64,000 nt of DNA. Origin: Piromyces finnis finn. Lineage: Eukaryota > Fungi > Neocallimastigomycota. This document shows positions 1 to 19,883 of this stretch, in pieces. The first letter of the stretch is position 1. Each line of letters starts with the position of its first letter. The notes beneath the pieces were generated by a model. It searched no databases and was not told the DNA's origin. It saw nothing but the letters and a program-made list of their open reading frames with translations. The position numbers and the translations under genes are program-made. The stretch is from contig MCFH01000010.1 of NCBI GenBank assembly GCA_002104945.1, forward strand, positions 1-64,000, written 5' to 3'.

Positions 1-356
1 TGATCAATTTCTTGTTCCACTACACTCGCAATAAATTCCAAATGATCTAAACCTAATGGTCTTCTTTTGATTTTTACTTTAAATTCTGGAACATATCTAC
101 CATCCGGTACATTGTTCAATTTTCCAACAATCTATTTCATGTAATAAATATAAATACACGTATATATTAATAAGGCAATTATACTAATATAAATGATAAT
201 AGTATAGATACTATATCAAATATTTCTACATTTATTATTCATGTATATTTACATGAAACCAACAAACGCTATTTAAATATATGGAATCATTTTTTTCAGT
301 CCAATAGTTGATTCTATGAGCAATGTCACAATTTTTATAACTTATGGTTTGAGTTA
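1..356 (-). CDS. Partial multi-exon gene of unknown function (runs off the window start)
   Basis: Two minus-strand exon-like blocks with GT-AG borders join in phase: 356..253 (TQTISYKNCDIAHRINYWTEKNDSIYLNSVCWFH) and 131..1 (IVGKLNNVPDGRYVPEFKVKIKRRPLGLDHLEFIASVVEQEID). Upstream exons were not resolved and no family was recognised. Confidence 0.5.
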
Positions 357-1826
357 CTAAAAATATATTTAAAATAACTATTAATTTCTTTAATTAATAT
401 CATTGAGGATAATAAATATTTATTTTAATGTAATACCCAATTTCTTATATTTATCATAATACGTTGTTTCATCGTTTACAAATTTTTTTTCATCCTATAA
501 ACAATTATTATATTATAGTTATTTTATTGATAAAAAAACTTATTTATACAAATTTTATAATTTATACCCCTAAAATATTGAAACAATATTTTTTTTTTTT
601 TTTAACAATAATATTTTTTTTTATACTATTACTATTATTTTATTTTTTTCTTTTACCTCTGTATATTTATTATTATTATTAAAAACTCTCTTCCATATAT
701 CAGAACTTTTAAGATTATTATTTAAATATTTACATGTCTTATAAAAAATTGAATTTATATAAATGATAGATAAAATGTTATATTTAGTAATGTATATATA
801 TATATGAAATATATAAATAAAATCCTTTTTTTTCTCCACTATGAATTTAATAGTGAATTTTTGAAGAAATTAAAATAAAGAAATAAAATTCTATTTTTTT
901 TGTTTTTATTTTATGGTTATAGATGTAATAGATATTATTACTTAATATATAAGTTTTTTAATTATACTTGTTCTTATTGGAAATGATAGGTATTATGAAT
1001 GAATCAAAAAAAAAAAAAAAAAAAATAAATATTCTATATTGATTTAACTTTCACACATATAAATACTTTTTTCTTTATTTAATTATTGAATTGATATTAT
1101 AATTTGTATTACATAAAAGACATTTACTGATGTATAATTGATATAATCGTTTAGTTTCATATATTTTGGAATTTCATATATAAGAATTTGATATGGTAAT
1201 TTAAATATTCCTATTTTTTTTTTTTTTTTTAAAAAAAAAGTAATTTTAATAAAGTAAGAATTTGTCTTTTATATTAAAAAATATTATATTATTTACCCTT
1301 TCTTTCCATAATAAAATTTTATTTTCTTTCAAGAAAAAAAAAAAAAGTTTTTATTTTATTTTTCTAAGCTATAATTTAGTTTTATTGTTTTTTAAACAAT
1401 TTGTAGCCATTTAGAAATGTATATTTAATTAAAATTTTTATATTTTAGAAAACTTTAAATTTATTTTTTAAATTAATTTTTTTTTTTTTTTATCTCTCTT
1501 TTTTTTAAAAAAAATATATGGACTCAAAATAACTTTTTAATTATTATTATTATTATTATTTTTTTAAAATATAAATATAATTATAAAAATAAAACAATAA
1601 AAAAAAAGGGAAATAATTTTTTATAAATAATTTAATATAGTATGTCCATTATTTTTATTTTTATTCATTATTATATAATAAATAATTCTAATTTTTTAAC
1701 ATTTTAATATCTTCTATAATAAGTGATAATTGTATATAATGTAATCTTTATTAAATAATTGAATTACAAATTATTGAAATGAAATAAAAAACTTAAATAT
1801 TAATGAAAATGTATAAAAAAAATGTC

Positions 1827-1828
1827 AA

Positions 1829-1874
<46 letters not shown>
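1827..1874. repeat. (AAAT)n microsatellite
   Basis: About 12 perfect AAAT units, read directly. Confidence 0.9.
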
Positions 1875-1875
<1 letters not shown>

Positions 1876-2059
1876 GTAGTAATAATAAAAGATATTTTTA
1901 ATAATTTAATTATTTTAAATTTCTATCCTAATTTATATATTGAGTATATATATATGAAATATGAAAATAATGACTATGAAGAATTTACTTAAAAAATTAT
2001 TTGTAATTGTTAAACTAAATAAATATTAGTTAGGATGAAAAAAAAATAAATAAAAAAAA

Positions 2060-3142
2060 TTATTTTAATAATTCTTCTTCAAAATCTTCATCATCACTAA
2101 AATCATCTTCATCATCAGATTGATTTAATACATTTGCAAGTTCTCTTATACTACCACTTCTACTATTACTACCAGTCATTGGTCCATTAATGGAAAGATT
2201 AGTTATATCTAATATATCATCCTTTATTAAAGCTTTTCTATTTAATAATAACTTTTCTAAATCATCAATATCAAACATGCCATTGTCCATGGTAGGTAAA
2301 TCATCCGTAACACGAACTAAATTAGCTACTAATTCTTTATTACGATAACATAATAAAGTTGGTAAGGCAATTTCATCAAAATTTGGATCTGCTTCGGTAG
2401 AAATAATACATAAAAATTTTGCTAAACGGTATTTTTCTGCTAATACGATTAAATATTGATTGAGTAATTTACATTGTTCGTTATGTGGTTGGAAAAGGTG
2501 AATAATGACAGCAGTGCGACTATCTTCATTATCAATTGCATCAACAAATTGATTTACACCAATTTGATAAAGTGTTCCATAACGAGTTCTACCTGCAATT
2601 CTTTTTAATTCGGTAAGACGTTTTTGACGATATTGAATCATAAATTCATCATCATCTTCTAAAAGTTCATCTAATTCATTATGTTCATCTAATGCATTGT
2701 TAAGCTCCTTCATACTAATAGTATTTTCATTTTTTTTATCTTCTATAGCATCTACAGTTTCTCCAAATTTTTCTCTTTCTTCTTGTTCAATTTGACGCTG
2801 TATCCAACCTGATGCCATAGAACCTTTATTAATATTTGCTTGAATTTCACGTTCATTTTGTTCACGACGTAATGCATTTTGTTTTTGATGGAATTTATAA
2901 TCAGCAATAACACCTTTTGGACCTGTTGCTGCACCTCCTTGATGGGAAAGTGATTGACGAAGTTGTTGGTCTTCTAAAATTCTTTCAATTTCAGGATCCA
3001 TTCTTTGTCTTTCAACTGGTTTAGTTTCTTCTTCTTCTCCATTTGTACTTTCATCATCACTTCCTCTATATGGTTCAATATCAGGATCATTTTGACGCTT
3101 AATTGCGTTTATAATAGCTTCATCACTTGGAGGTAAAGACAT
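2060..3142 (-). CDS. Phosducin-like protein (thioredoxin-like fold; G-beta-gamma/CCT co-chaperone)
   Basis: Intronless 360-aa ORF with the phosducin signature TGPKGVIADY, C-terminal domain motifs (VIIHLF, LAEKYRLAKFLCI, IALPTLLCYRNKELVANLVRV) and an acidic tail. Confidence 0.9.
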   Translation of the reverse strand: MSLPPSDEAIINAIKRQNDPDIEPYRGSDDESTNGEEEETKPVERQRMDPEIERILEDQQLRQSLSHQGGAATGPKGVIADYKFHQKQNALRREQNEREIQANINKGSMASGWIQRQIEQEEREKFGETVDAIEDKKNENTISMKELNNALDEHNELDELLEDDDEFMIQYRQKRLTELKRIAGRTRYGTLYQIGVNQFVDAIDNEDSRTAVIIHLFQPHNEQCKLLNQYLIVLAEKYRLAKFLCIISTEADPNFDEIALPTLLCYRNKELVANLVRVTDDLPTMDNGMFDIDDLEKLLLNRKALIKDDILDITNLSINGPMTGSNSRSGSIRELANVLNQSDDEDDFSDDEDFEEELLK

Positions 3143-3475
3143 TCTTAATTATTATTTAGTAAATTTATATTATGTCATATTGTGTTATGAATATTTATGT
3201 ATTATAATAAGTAATGATAAATTTAAAATAAAAATTAATGAGATTTATATTGAATTAAATAATTATATTAAAAAAGGTATAATTTTTGTTAATTCATAAG
3301 TATTGGATTAATAAATAAATAAATAAATAAATAAATTTTTTAATACTCTTTTTATTTTTATTTATCAAATGATTTTTTATAAAAATTAAAACTTGGTTCT
3401 ATATATTTTTTAGAAACTATTTTTTCGTCTTTTTATTATGTTTAACAAGATGGTTTATATTGTGAATAATTTAAT

Positions 3476-3528
<53 letters not shown>

Positions 3529-3956
3529 CTAAATTAGCATAATTTCAGTGTGATTAATTTCATAAGTTATAAACAATTGTATAATAATCTTATTGTAAAC
3601 CTTTTTTATAACATCAATTTTATTTAATATATTTATTATTAATATTATAAATTAATATATTATTTCAAAATTATTCTTTAATATTTCACTCTTATATAAT
3701 TGTTTCGCAAAATGTGTTAACATTCCATATTCATATGCTGTAGTCTTTTATACATATTTATAATAATCACCATTTTTACTTTTATTCTATTTTTATATAA
3801 TCAAATTATATTTTTTTTTTTTTGAAGATAATTTATTACGAAATCTTTTATTTATTTGTTTTTATTTACTCATTTATATGAATGATTTCTTATTATTAAA
3901 AAAAAAAGATAACATCTTATGTTTTATTTTTTTTAAATTTATTTTAAATAAGTGCC

Positions 3957-3987
<31 letters not shown>

Positions 3988-4678
3988 ATTCATTATTATT
4001 CTTACTTTTGACTATATTGACTTCAGTAAATAATATTCTTTTATAATGATTTATTATTATTTTTTATTTTTATATTTTTATTTACTTTATAAATAAAAAG
4101 TTAATTCTTATTTTATTTAAAAGTTGTATGTTTATGTTTGTATTATAAATTATTATTTATTTAATTAAAATTTTAATTAATTTTATATTACAAATTTAAA
4201 AAAAATTGCTATTTCTTTCGTGCTTAAGTTTAATTTCATAAAAATAAATAATATTTCTATGTGGCTTTATAATTTTAAGGTGAATAATCCATTTACATTT
4301 TCATTGAGTTATAATACATTAAATCAAAATTTAATACATTAAATTCTATATTATCAATAATAGATTTAATTATACCAAAAAAAAAAAAAAAAAAGTGAAT
4401 CAAAAAACTATAATGAATATTTATTTTTATCAAAAAATTTTGACACTTTTTCGTAATATTTAAAAAAAAAATACATCTTTTTAAATCATTATAATTAGAA
4501 AAAAGAATAATCACACATTTACAAACAAATATTTATTCAATATATTCAATATATATTTAAAATAATATTTTAAAAAGAAAGTGAAATATAAAAAGCAACA
4601 ACAACATTATTATTAATACAATATCTCACTCTATTATAGATTATAGTAAATTTATATTGATATAAAATTAATGAAAGA

Positions 4679-11125
<6,447 letters not shown>

Positions 11126-11702
11126 AAAAAAAAATTCATATTATATAAAAAAAATTATTTATTTATTTTTATATCATATATAACTAATATAGAAAAGTAA
11201 ATAAATAAGATTTTTTTTAATTTTATATTTTTACTTTTTCAATATATTTTTTTATTTATTAATGGATTTTATATAAACTTTTTAAAATTTTCACTTTTTT
11301 TTTTTAATTAAACTATACAATAATATTTTTTTTTTTTTTTTTTTTTTAAAAAAAGAATATATTTCATTATATTATTATAATTATAATTATATTTTAAACG
11401 AATACATAGTAATTTTTTCTCCACCATACTTTTTTCTTTTATATATTTATATCAACAAAATCATTTCAAAAAAAAAAAAAAAAAAAAAAAAGTAAAATAT
11501 TAAATAATATCTAATAATAATAATAATTTAAAATAATTTCATATTAAATATATATATTTAATAAAAATAAAAAGACATTTTTCAAGAAATAAAAATAAAT
11601 TTAATAAAATAATAAAATATAAAATCATATATTTAATACTTCAACAACACTTATTAATTTCTTAAATCATAACTAATAATAATTAATTAATTATTTATTT
11701 AT

Positions 11703-11703
<1 letters not shown>

Positions 11704-11792
<89 letters not shown>
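11704..11792. repeat. (AAT)n tract followed by a short (ATT)n tract
   Basis: Read directly in the intergenic region. Confidence 0.85.
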
Positions 11793-11794
<2 letters not shown>

Positions 11795-12666
11795 TGAAAT
11801 TATTTTTAAAATTTATCATATTACAATTGTTTTTTTTATTTGAATTATATAGTAAATCCTTGCTATTTTCTTTTTTACAAAATAAAGAGTAATACCAATA
11901 ATTACAATCAGAAAAATTTTATAATCCTCATATCATTATTTCCCTTTTTTTTTTTTTAAAAAAAAAAATAAAAATGAAGCAACATACAAAAAAAATTAAT
12001 ACTAATCGATAATTTACTTTATCTCCTTAATGAAATTTTCATTAAAAATATAATTATTATGTGTAATGTTTATTAATTAATAATTTTTTTATTTTAAGAA
12101 ATTATTAAATACTCTTTTAATATTTTTGAAAGATTATAATAATCATTATTTTCATTTTTTCATAACTTTTTTAAACATTTTCTAATATTATGATTTCTAC
12201 TATTATTTAAATTCTATTTTATAATTTATAAGAAGAAAAAAATGAAATAAAAAAGTTATTACAAATACATTAATTTTCATTTATCTTTTTTTTAACCAAT
12301 AAAAATTATCTAAATTTGTATATAAAATATATTATGTATTTTCCTTTTCTGTATGTTCTATTTCTAATAATAATGTATACAATTAATTAATAATTGAATT
12401 TATAAGTTTAAGAATATGTAAGAAAAAAAAAAAAGGCTCATCTTAAATTATAGCGTTCAAAAAAAATATATATTATTTTATAATATTTATAATAATAATA
12501 ATAATAATAGTACTATTTAATAATAGTGATATATTTATTCTATTCTATTCATATATAAATTATCTTTTTTTTTCTAAACAGGAATGAATGAATAAAACTA
12601 AGGATTGAATTATTTATAATTCTATTTTATTATTGTAAAAGGTAAAATTCTTTTCTTTATTCAACT

Positions 12667-12715
<49 letters not shown>

Positions 12716-13534
12716 TTAATAGAGTTATTTAATTAAATAAAAAAAAAAATGGTAATAATGTATTACCTTCTATTAAATAAATTGAACCATATATTAATTT
12801 AATATATTACCATTTTTTTAAAAAAATAATTTTTGTTAATACCAAGGATGAAAAAAAAAAATTAATTAAACTTAATATATATATTAAAAAGTTGTAATGA
12901 AAAATAGGTAGAGTTTTTATTTTTTATAAAAAGTTTATAACTTTAAAAGATCTATTTATTAAATCATTCTATAATTATTAATGTTTTATTTCTTATAAAG
13001 TTATTATTCTAATCTATATTAATTGGATATTAATTGGCTGTAAATTTTGCTAAAATAATGTTGTCCTAACTTTTTATATTTAAAATATAATTTTTTTTTG
13101 ATTTGGATATTTATTCTTTAATTATAATAACACAAAAATAAAAAAATGAAAAATGAAAGATTTTTTTTTTTTTTTTGATTAAATATATTTTTTATTTATA
13201 TTTTTCTAAATAATGGTTTAAAATTCTTATTAAAAATAAAAAAAATGATTAATAAAATAAATTTATAAAATAAATATTATTATTATAGATAAAATTAAGT
13301 AATATTAAATGACATTAAAATAAATAATTGATATTAAAACCTTCAATATGTATATAATTCTATATTGCTAATAATTTATTAAAATAATTAAAAGAAAGAG
13401 ATTATATATACTTTTATTAATAGATAAAAAATAATTAAAATATACTACTAATATGATCATATTTTTCTTTATATAATAAAAATCTGATATATTGTAGAAT
13501 ATTATTAACACTATTAATTCGCAAGATATATTCT

Positions 13535-16500
13535 TTATTCTTCCTTAGTTTCATTTTCCTTGGTTGGTTTGTATTTTTTGAAAATTTGTATTTTTCTATT
13601 TTGGTATTTCATTTTTTTTTTAAAAGCTAAAAATTCAGTCACCTCAGATACATTAGCGATAGCTTTTTCAGAATCAGGGATAGTCATAATATCTGGAATG
13701 GTCATGTTACTTATATCTCTTTTCAATGCTCTTTCTTTAATACTATCATTGGTTCTAACAAATGGTAAATAATAAGATAAAGTATAGATAATGGTGGCAA
13801 TTCTACAAAAGTTAGTGGAAAGGATTTGATAAAATATTGGAAATACAACGCAAACTTCAAAAGGTAATTTAATTTTTGGGTTATTTCTTGCGATGATTAA
13901 ATTAAAGATATCTAAGCTAATGAGTGAAATGGCAATGCAAATGCAAACAATCATTAGTGCTGGTAAATAAGAATGCATTAAAAACATAAATACTAATAGC
14001 ACAAGAAAGGCGTAATCGTTTAAGATGGAAATAATAAAATCAAAACAAAATAATTTAGCTGTAAGAGTAGCTCGATGATTCCAACGACATTTATGGAGCA
14101 AACAATAAAGGAATTTAAAAAGAAAACGATGACGTGCTGGTTCCCAATAAGCAACACGTTGACGTGACAATGAATATTGACCACAATCGCAATCTTTCAT
14201 ATTTTCTCCTAGAAAATGTGGAAGATATTCTTTTAAGTGGAAATAGCATCTTGGTACAAGAGTATCTATGATAACATGTGCTATTTCAATTTTATAATTA
14301 CCATCATGTAATTCATTTGGATCACAAAATTGAGGTTTACCATACATGGTATGAAGACGAAGACCAAGTTGTAAATCATCTCCACGGAAAACTGTATCAT
14401 GACGATAAAGACACTCCAATAGGAATGGGGTACTCCAAGTACTCATAGCCCCACTTGGGAATACTACTGTACCAATATCCTTATGTACCTTTTTACTGTA
14501 CATTGAAATAATATATTCAAGATTTTGAAATGCTGAAACTATACCTTCACGACGATTACTTGCAATAATAGGATAGGCTAATGCTTTTACATTTTGATCC
14601 TTTTTAAAGTAGGATAAAATTTCTTCTTCAACCCAATTTTCCGGAATTAATACATCATCATCGATAATTGAAATGTACTTGATATCAATACCCGACCAAA
14701 ACAAATTATTTATTAGACAAAATTGAGCTAAAGTTTTAGAACCTTCATTTAAATTTGCATAAATAATATTTAATCCACAATAATTAGGATGTGTACATCT
14801 AAAGTGATGACTATAACGATCTACAATTTCCTTCATTTTTTGTTTTTCACTTGGAGAGGAACCATTTTCAGCTATGAAAATTGACATTGGCGTAGTAATT
14901 TTCAATAAATTTTCTAAAGTTGCTGGCAACACATCTGAACTATTATGACATACAATAAGAAAAGCATGATTAATACTTTTATACATGGATACAATTTTAG
15001 ATTGTTTATCAGAATAAGAAAAAGCGTTTTTTCTTCTGATATACTCTTTTTGAAATGATATGTTTTCACCATAATTTTTACAACTGAGTTTTTCGTTTAT
15101 TGAATTAGATGCCTCTGATATATCATCCACGTCAGAATGATTGGATTTATTTTTATTTCCATGAACAATGTCAATTTCTATGACATTTCCTATTTCTTCA
15201 TTTGGTATTCCGTCGTTACCCAAATTAATGTTGATGAATGAATTATTTGTGTCTGTGCTATTATGTTTGTTATAGTTAATACCCTTATCCCCATTCGAAT
15301 CCCTATCATGAGTGGAATAGTTATTGGCACTATCTGAATTATTATTGAAAATGATTGTATTATTGGATGCACTACTATTGTCATAAGTATCACTATATAG
15401 GGTAAAACCATCGTCTTCTTCATCATTAATAATGGTTGATGAACTATCCATTTCATTATAAATAGCTAATGATTTCTTATTAAGAGAAGGCCATTTTACA
15501 AAAGGTGCGCCTAATAAAATCATAAAACTTTCTCTATTAAGTAAAAGCCAACATATAATATTAAAGGTTATAAAGGGTATGCTGAAAGTTGCATAATTAT
15601 TAATGATATAATTATATATTTTTCGACAGAGAACTTTGTAATAACTAAACTTTAGATTGGATCCAATTAAAAAATAGGATATTATAATCATGATCACAAG
15701 TTCAAATAAAGCAACCAACCAAAGCTTGAAAAAAGTAAAAGGAAAAAGTCTTGTTTTTTTATTGGAAAAAAAGTACCAAACAAAAGGATTAATGAAAACA
15801 CCGTATAAAAGATGAATAAAGATGATTATGAATGATATTAAGAAAGCATTTGTAAAAATAGAGTAGATACTGAATAAATTAATATTACGATTAGATTTAA
15901 TAATTTCATCTCGCCTTTTTTTAATAAATATTTTCAAAGAGGCATAATCCTTTTCTATATTTGACATTTTATTTATTTGATTATTATTCTTATCAAGGAT
16001 AGGTTCCAGTGAACCGTCCCATTTTAAATCTGCATGAACCATATTGAAAATACTATCCATTCTATCTAAAAATAAGGTAGTTCCAAAAAAATTATTTACT
16101 ATATAATTTATATAATCTCTAGTGTTATGTTTTTCACTTGAATAATTCATTAAATTATCAAATATTGGTCTTCTCGTATCTTGTTTTCCTTTTCCTATAA
16201 AACGAAATTCCTCAAATTCTGTATAGGTATAATTTTTACTCCAATCATTTAATGGTGAAGAAAAATATCCTTCATGATAATTCCATTGGTTTTTTGTCTA
16301 TCGAGTTAAGAAAAAAAAATTTTAAATATTAATTGGTATGTTATCTTTTTTTTTTTTTTAAATAATAACCATTTTATATCTATCTATCTATATATACTAT
16401 ATATAATATTTCATAAAAGATATAACTACTTACTTTATCATAATATAAAAAATAATTGGTTCCATTATATAAATAGCCATGCTGATTATTTAAAATGTAA

Positions 16501-17699
16501 TCTATAGTCATTATTTTTAAAAATGAATCATAATTAAAGTTTTTTTTTAATTGGTCCAAGGAATTAAAATTTTCAGTCATATAGAATAATTTAGCAAGAT
16601 CATTTTTGGAATGAAAAGTTTCAGGAGATTCAATTCCTTGATACCAATAATTTGCATAACTATCTATATTTTCATTAATTAACAGTTTTGGGAATGTTTC
16701 AATTAAATCAAATTCACCATTGTATTTCATTGGAGAAAAGTGACTATTCATTTGGCCATACATTTCAGTAGTGTTAAATTCATTTTTAAAATAATCAATA
16801 TTTGGATTTTCTTTGATTAAATAAAAACCTATAGGGTTATTATTAAAATAAACTCTGGTAAATCCCACTTGAGCAGATGGTACATCCATAACATTACAGA
16901 TATCGGTATACATTTTATGACGAAGCATAAGATTATCAGAAGAAGTAGATACTAATTGAATACTAGTTTTATTAAACAGATTATAATATAATTTATCTGT
17001 GGGAGATGTTTGTGGTTGGGTTAAACTGTACTCTTTATAGGAGAGAAAATAAGAAGTTTTTTTAGGGTTATGATTCTTTTGAAAATAATATTTATTGGAA
17101 TAGTAGGTAGTAAAATAAATATCGGTATTTATATTATCTGCCAATGCATTTATTTCCAATAATAAATTTTCAAACTTTCCCACCGAATATGGAGTAATAA
17201 TAGTAGCACTTACGTTTAATGATGGACTATTTTGTGAATTGGTGTAATGAGCATTTTCTAAATCCTTATAGCCGGAAATGTCACCATTTAAATAAATTGT
17301 TGATATAAAATTATCAGAAAACAATTCTGAATACTTGTTTTGATTTCTGGTTATTTGGTTTCCTACTACCGTAGAAAGATCTGGATGATTATAAATTGAA
17401 TCATTTCTATTGAAAAATTCATTTAACGGTTGGTTAGAATTCATATTCGATGGTTGAGCCAATCTTTTAAAATTTTCTTCTTTTATGATTTTATTTTTAT
17501 CAGTGATACTATAAGAAACATAACTATATGTTTCCTTTTTATCTAATTCATATTCTCCTCTCCAAATAGGATAATCTGTATCATCTAAATCTACTATTTT
17601 ATTATTAATTTTCAGACCTACTTTTGTTGTATTTCTATTCACCGGGAACACTACACTAAATTGATGAACCTCTAATTTTTTATATAACAAATATAACAT
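13535..17699 (-). CDS. CotH-like (pseudo)kinase domain fused to a multi-pass family 2 glycosyltransferase, about 1340 aa, exons 17699..16434 and 16297..13535
   Basis: A phase-0 intron at 16433..16298 (GTAAGT donor, TAG acceptor) joins NYFLYYDK to TKNQWNYHEGYF. The CotH C-lobe (RRPIFDNL...FLDRMDSIFNMVHADLKWDGSL...LKIFIKKR) is in the same open frame as 3 TM helices and the GT2 motifs (CHNSSDVL, AENG, IIDDDVL, FQNLEY, SGA, GDDLQLG, RQRVAYW), followed by more TM helices. The true 5' end and signal-peptide exon were not found. Confidence 0.82.
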
Positions 17700-18688
17700 T
17701 TATATAAATATGTTATAATGTTATAAGTCAATAGGTAAAAATATATTATAAATGTATATTATTATTATGATATTATGATACATGATTATTAATAACAAAA
17801 TTTTACAGCTAAAAAAATTATAATTATAATATAAATAAAAATTAAAGAATATATATATATATTCTTTAAATACTAACTTGAATAAGCATTTGTGAAAAGA
17901 ATTATTAATTCAAATAAATAAGTAACCCTATATATAAAATTCTTCTTTTTCAACATTTTTATTTTACTAATAATAATAATGTATATAAAGACTATTAAGT
18001 AAGTATATCAAGTATATTATTATTTAGTGTTAATACTATAAAGTATTGCTATTTTTGAATAAATAAAAAAAAACAAAAACACTTGATAAACCTTTTTATT
18101 TTTCTTTATTTTTTATATGGGATTTTCAACCAATAAACCTTGAGAAATAAATAAATAAATATTTATTTTATTTTATTTAAATCATCCATTGAATAATTAT
18201 TCCTATTTAAATGAATTTAAATGGGTATTTAAATATATAAAAAATATTAAAATTAAAAATAAATTAAATTTATGAATTTTTTTTTTTAATACCAAAAAAA
18301 TATTTTTTAATAGTAATACTAATGATATTATTTAATATTAAGCAAAAATAAAAGGTAATACTATTTTAATAAGAAATATCATATTTTACTATTTTATATT
18401 CATTCTTTTAATATTACAATTTTATTTTACTTTTTTTTAAAAAAAGCTTTTTTTTTCCTTATTGAATAATCTTCTATTTTTTGATAGCAAACTTTTGGGT
18501 TACTTGACCAATCAAACAAAAAAAAAAATTTAATATTCCTTCTTTTGTATTTTTATAACTCTTGGTGTATTTTTTTTTTTTCTTTTTGGATGCTTTTATT
18601 TCATTTATAAATATATTTTTATATTGACGCTCTTTAACATCGTTTTATACTTTTAATATTTTTTTTTTAAAAAAAATCTTATTTAAAG

Positions 18689-19847
18689 ATGAATATAAAA
18701 TTTTTAATAGCGGTTTTTCTTTTTCTATTCCTGTTGCCTTTTTCTGTGGATAGTTTAAATTCCTGTCGAAAACTGAAAAATCACTTGTGTCCTTCATGCG
18801 GTAAAGAAGACTATCAATGTGAAACCAATGAAAAGGGTGAGATAGATAGATTGTATGTAATATGAAACAATACAATGCTTTAAACTATTTTTATCAAGTT
18901 TTATAGCTATATTATTAATATAATATAATTTGATAATTTGTATATATTCATAAAAATTAATGTATAATAAATATATATTATAGACATATTAATAATCAAG
19001 ATTTTAGTGGTGGTATTCCAGATAAGATTTTCGAAATAACTTCTATAACATCATTGTAAATAATACTTTTTTTTTTCTATTTGAAAAACTTATTAAAATA
19101 ACCTGTACTAACTTTTTATTATTTATAAAAATCAAATGTGTCTATGTCTTTAAAAATAATAAATTTATATATATATATATTTATAGATATTTACTAAATG
19201 ACAAAATTTTTACACTTTCGAATCAAATTAGTAATCTAAAAAATCTTTTAAGACTGTAAAATTTATACCTTTTAATATAAAATATATCACTTAAAACAAT
19301 TTTTTTTATGAAAAAATTTAATTTATAATAATACTAAAAATTATAATATTTTAAATTCACCTTAACTATTTTATTTTATATGATTAATACAGAGATGTTA
19401 GAAAAAATAATTTGAAAACTATTCCTTCAACCATTAGAAATCTTAGTAAACTTAAATACTTGTAATTTTTAAAAATTTTAAAAAGAATTCACATAAATAA
19501 GCTCTTATATTTTTTTTAAATAAAAAAAGCCAAAAAAATTAATTTATATATTTTTACTAACTTCTTATTTCCATTTATCTATAGAAAACTAAGTAATAAT
19601 CCTATAACAGAACTTCCAGAAGAAATTGGAAATTTAAAGGAACTTAGATCATTGTAAATAAAAAATATAAAAGGATTAAAAAGAAAACTTTTTTTTGATA
19701 TTAATTTAAATCCCTCCCTTTTTTTTTAATTGATTTTTTATTTCTATACAAAGATATTTAACAAATTGTAAATTGAAAAAACTGCCATCATCCATTACTC
19801 AACTTTCTAATCTACAAGATTTGTGAGTACTTCTAAAAATTAAAAGA

Positions 19848-19883
<36 letters not shown>

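Noticed and set aside
464-839. Short ORFs 464..682 and 621..839
   Set aside because: Low-complexity F/I/Y/L translations of AT-rich DNA. They may overlap small exons of the partial minus-strand gene, but I could not phase them.
11704-11792. AAT tract followed by an ATT tract (potential hairpin)
   Set aside because: Expected by chance in a genome saturated with AAT/ATT repeats.
13535-16150. Stand-alone 871-aa GT2 gene and stand-alone 439-aa CotH gene, as in the ORF track
   Set aside because: The GT2 ORF begins inside CotH C-lobe sequence, and the CotH ORF ends in intron-like sequence after a consensus donor. One spliced gene fits better.
18645-18875. 76-aa minus-strand ORF
   Set aside because: Antisense to the signal-peptide exon of the LRR-GH gene.
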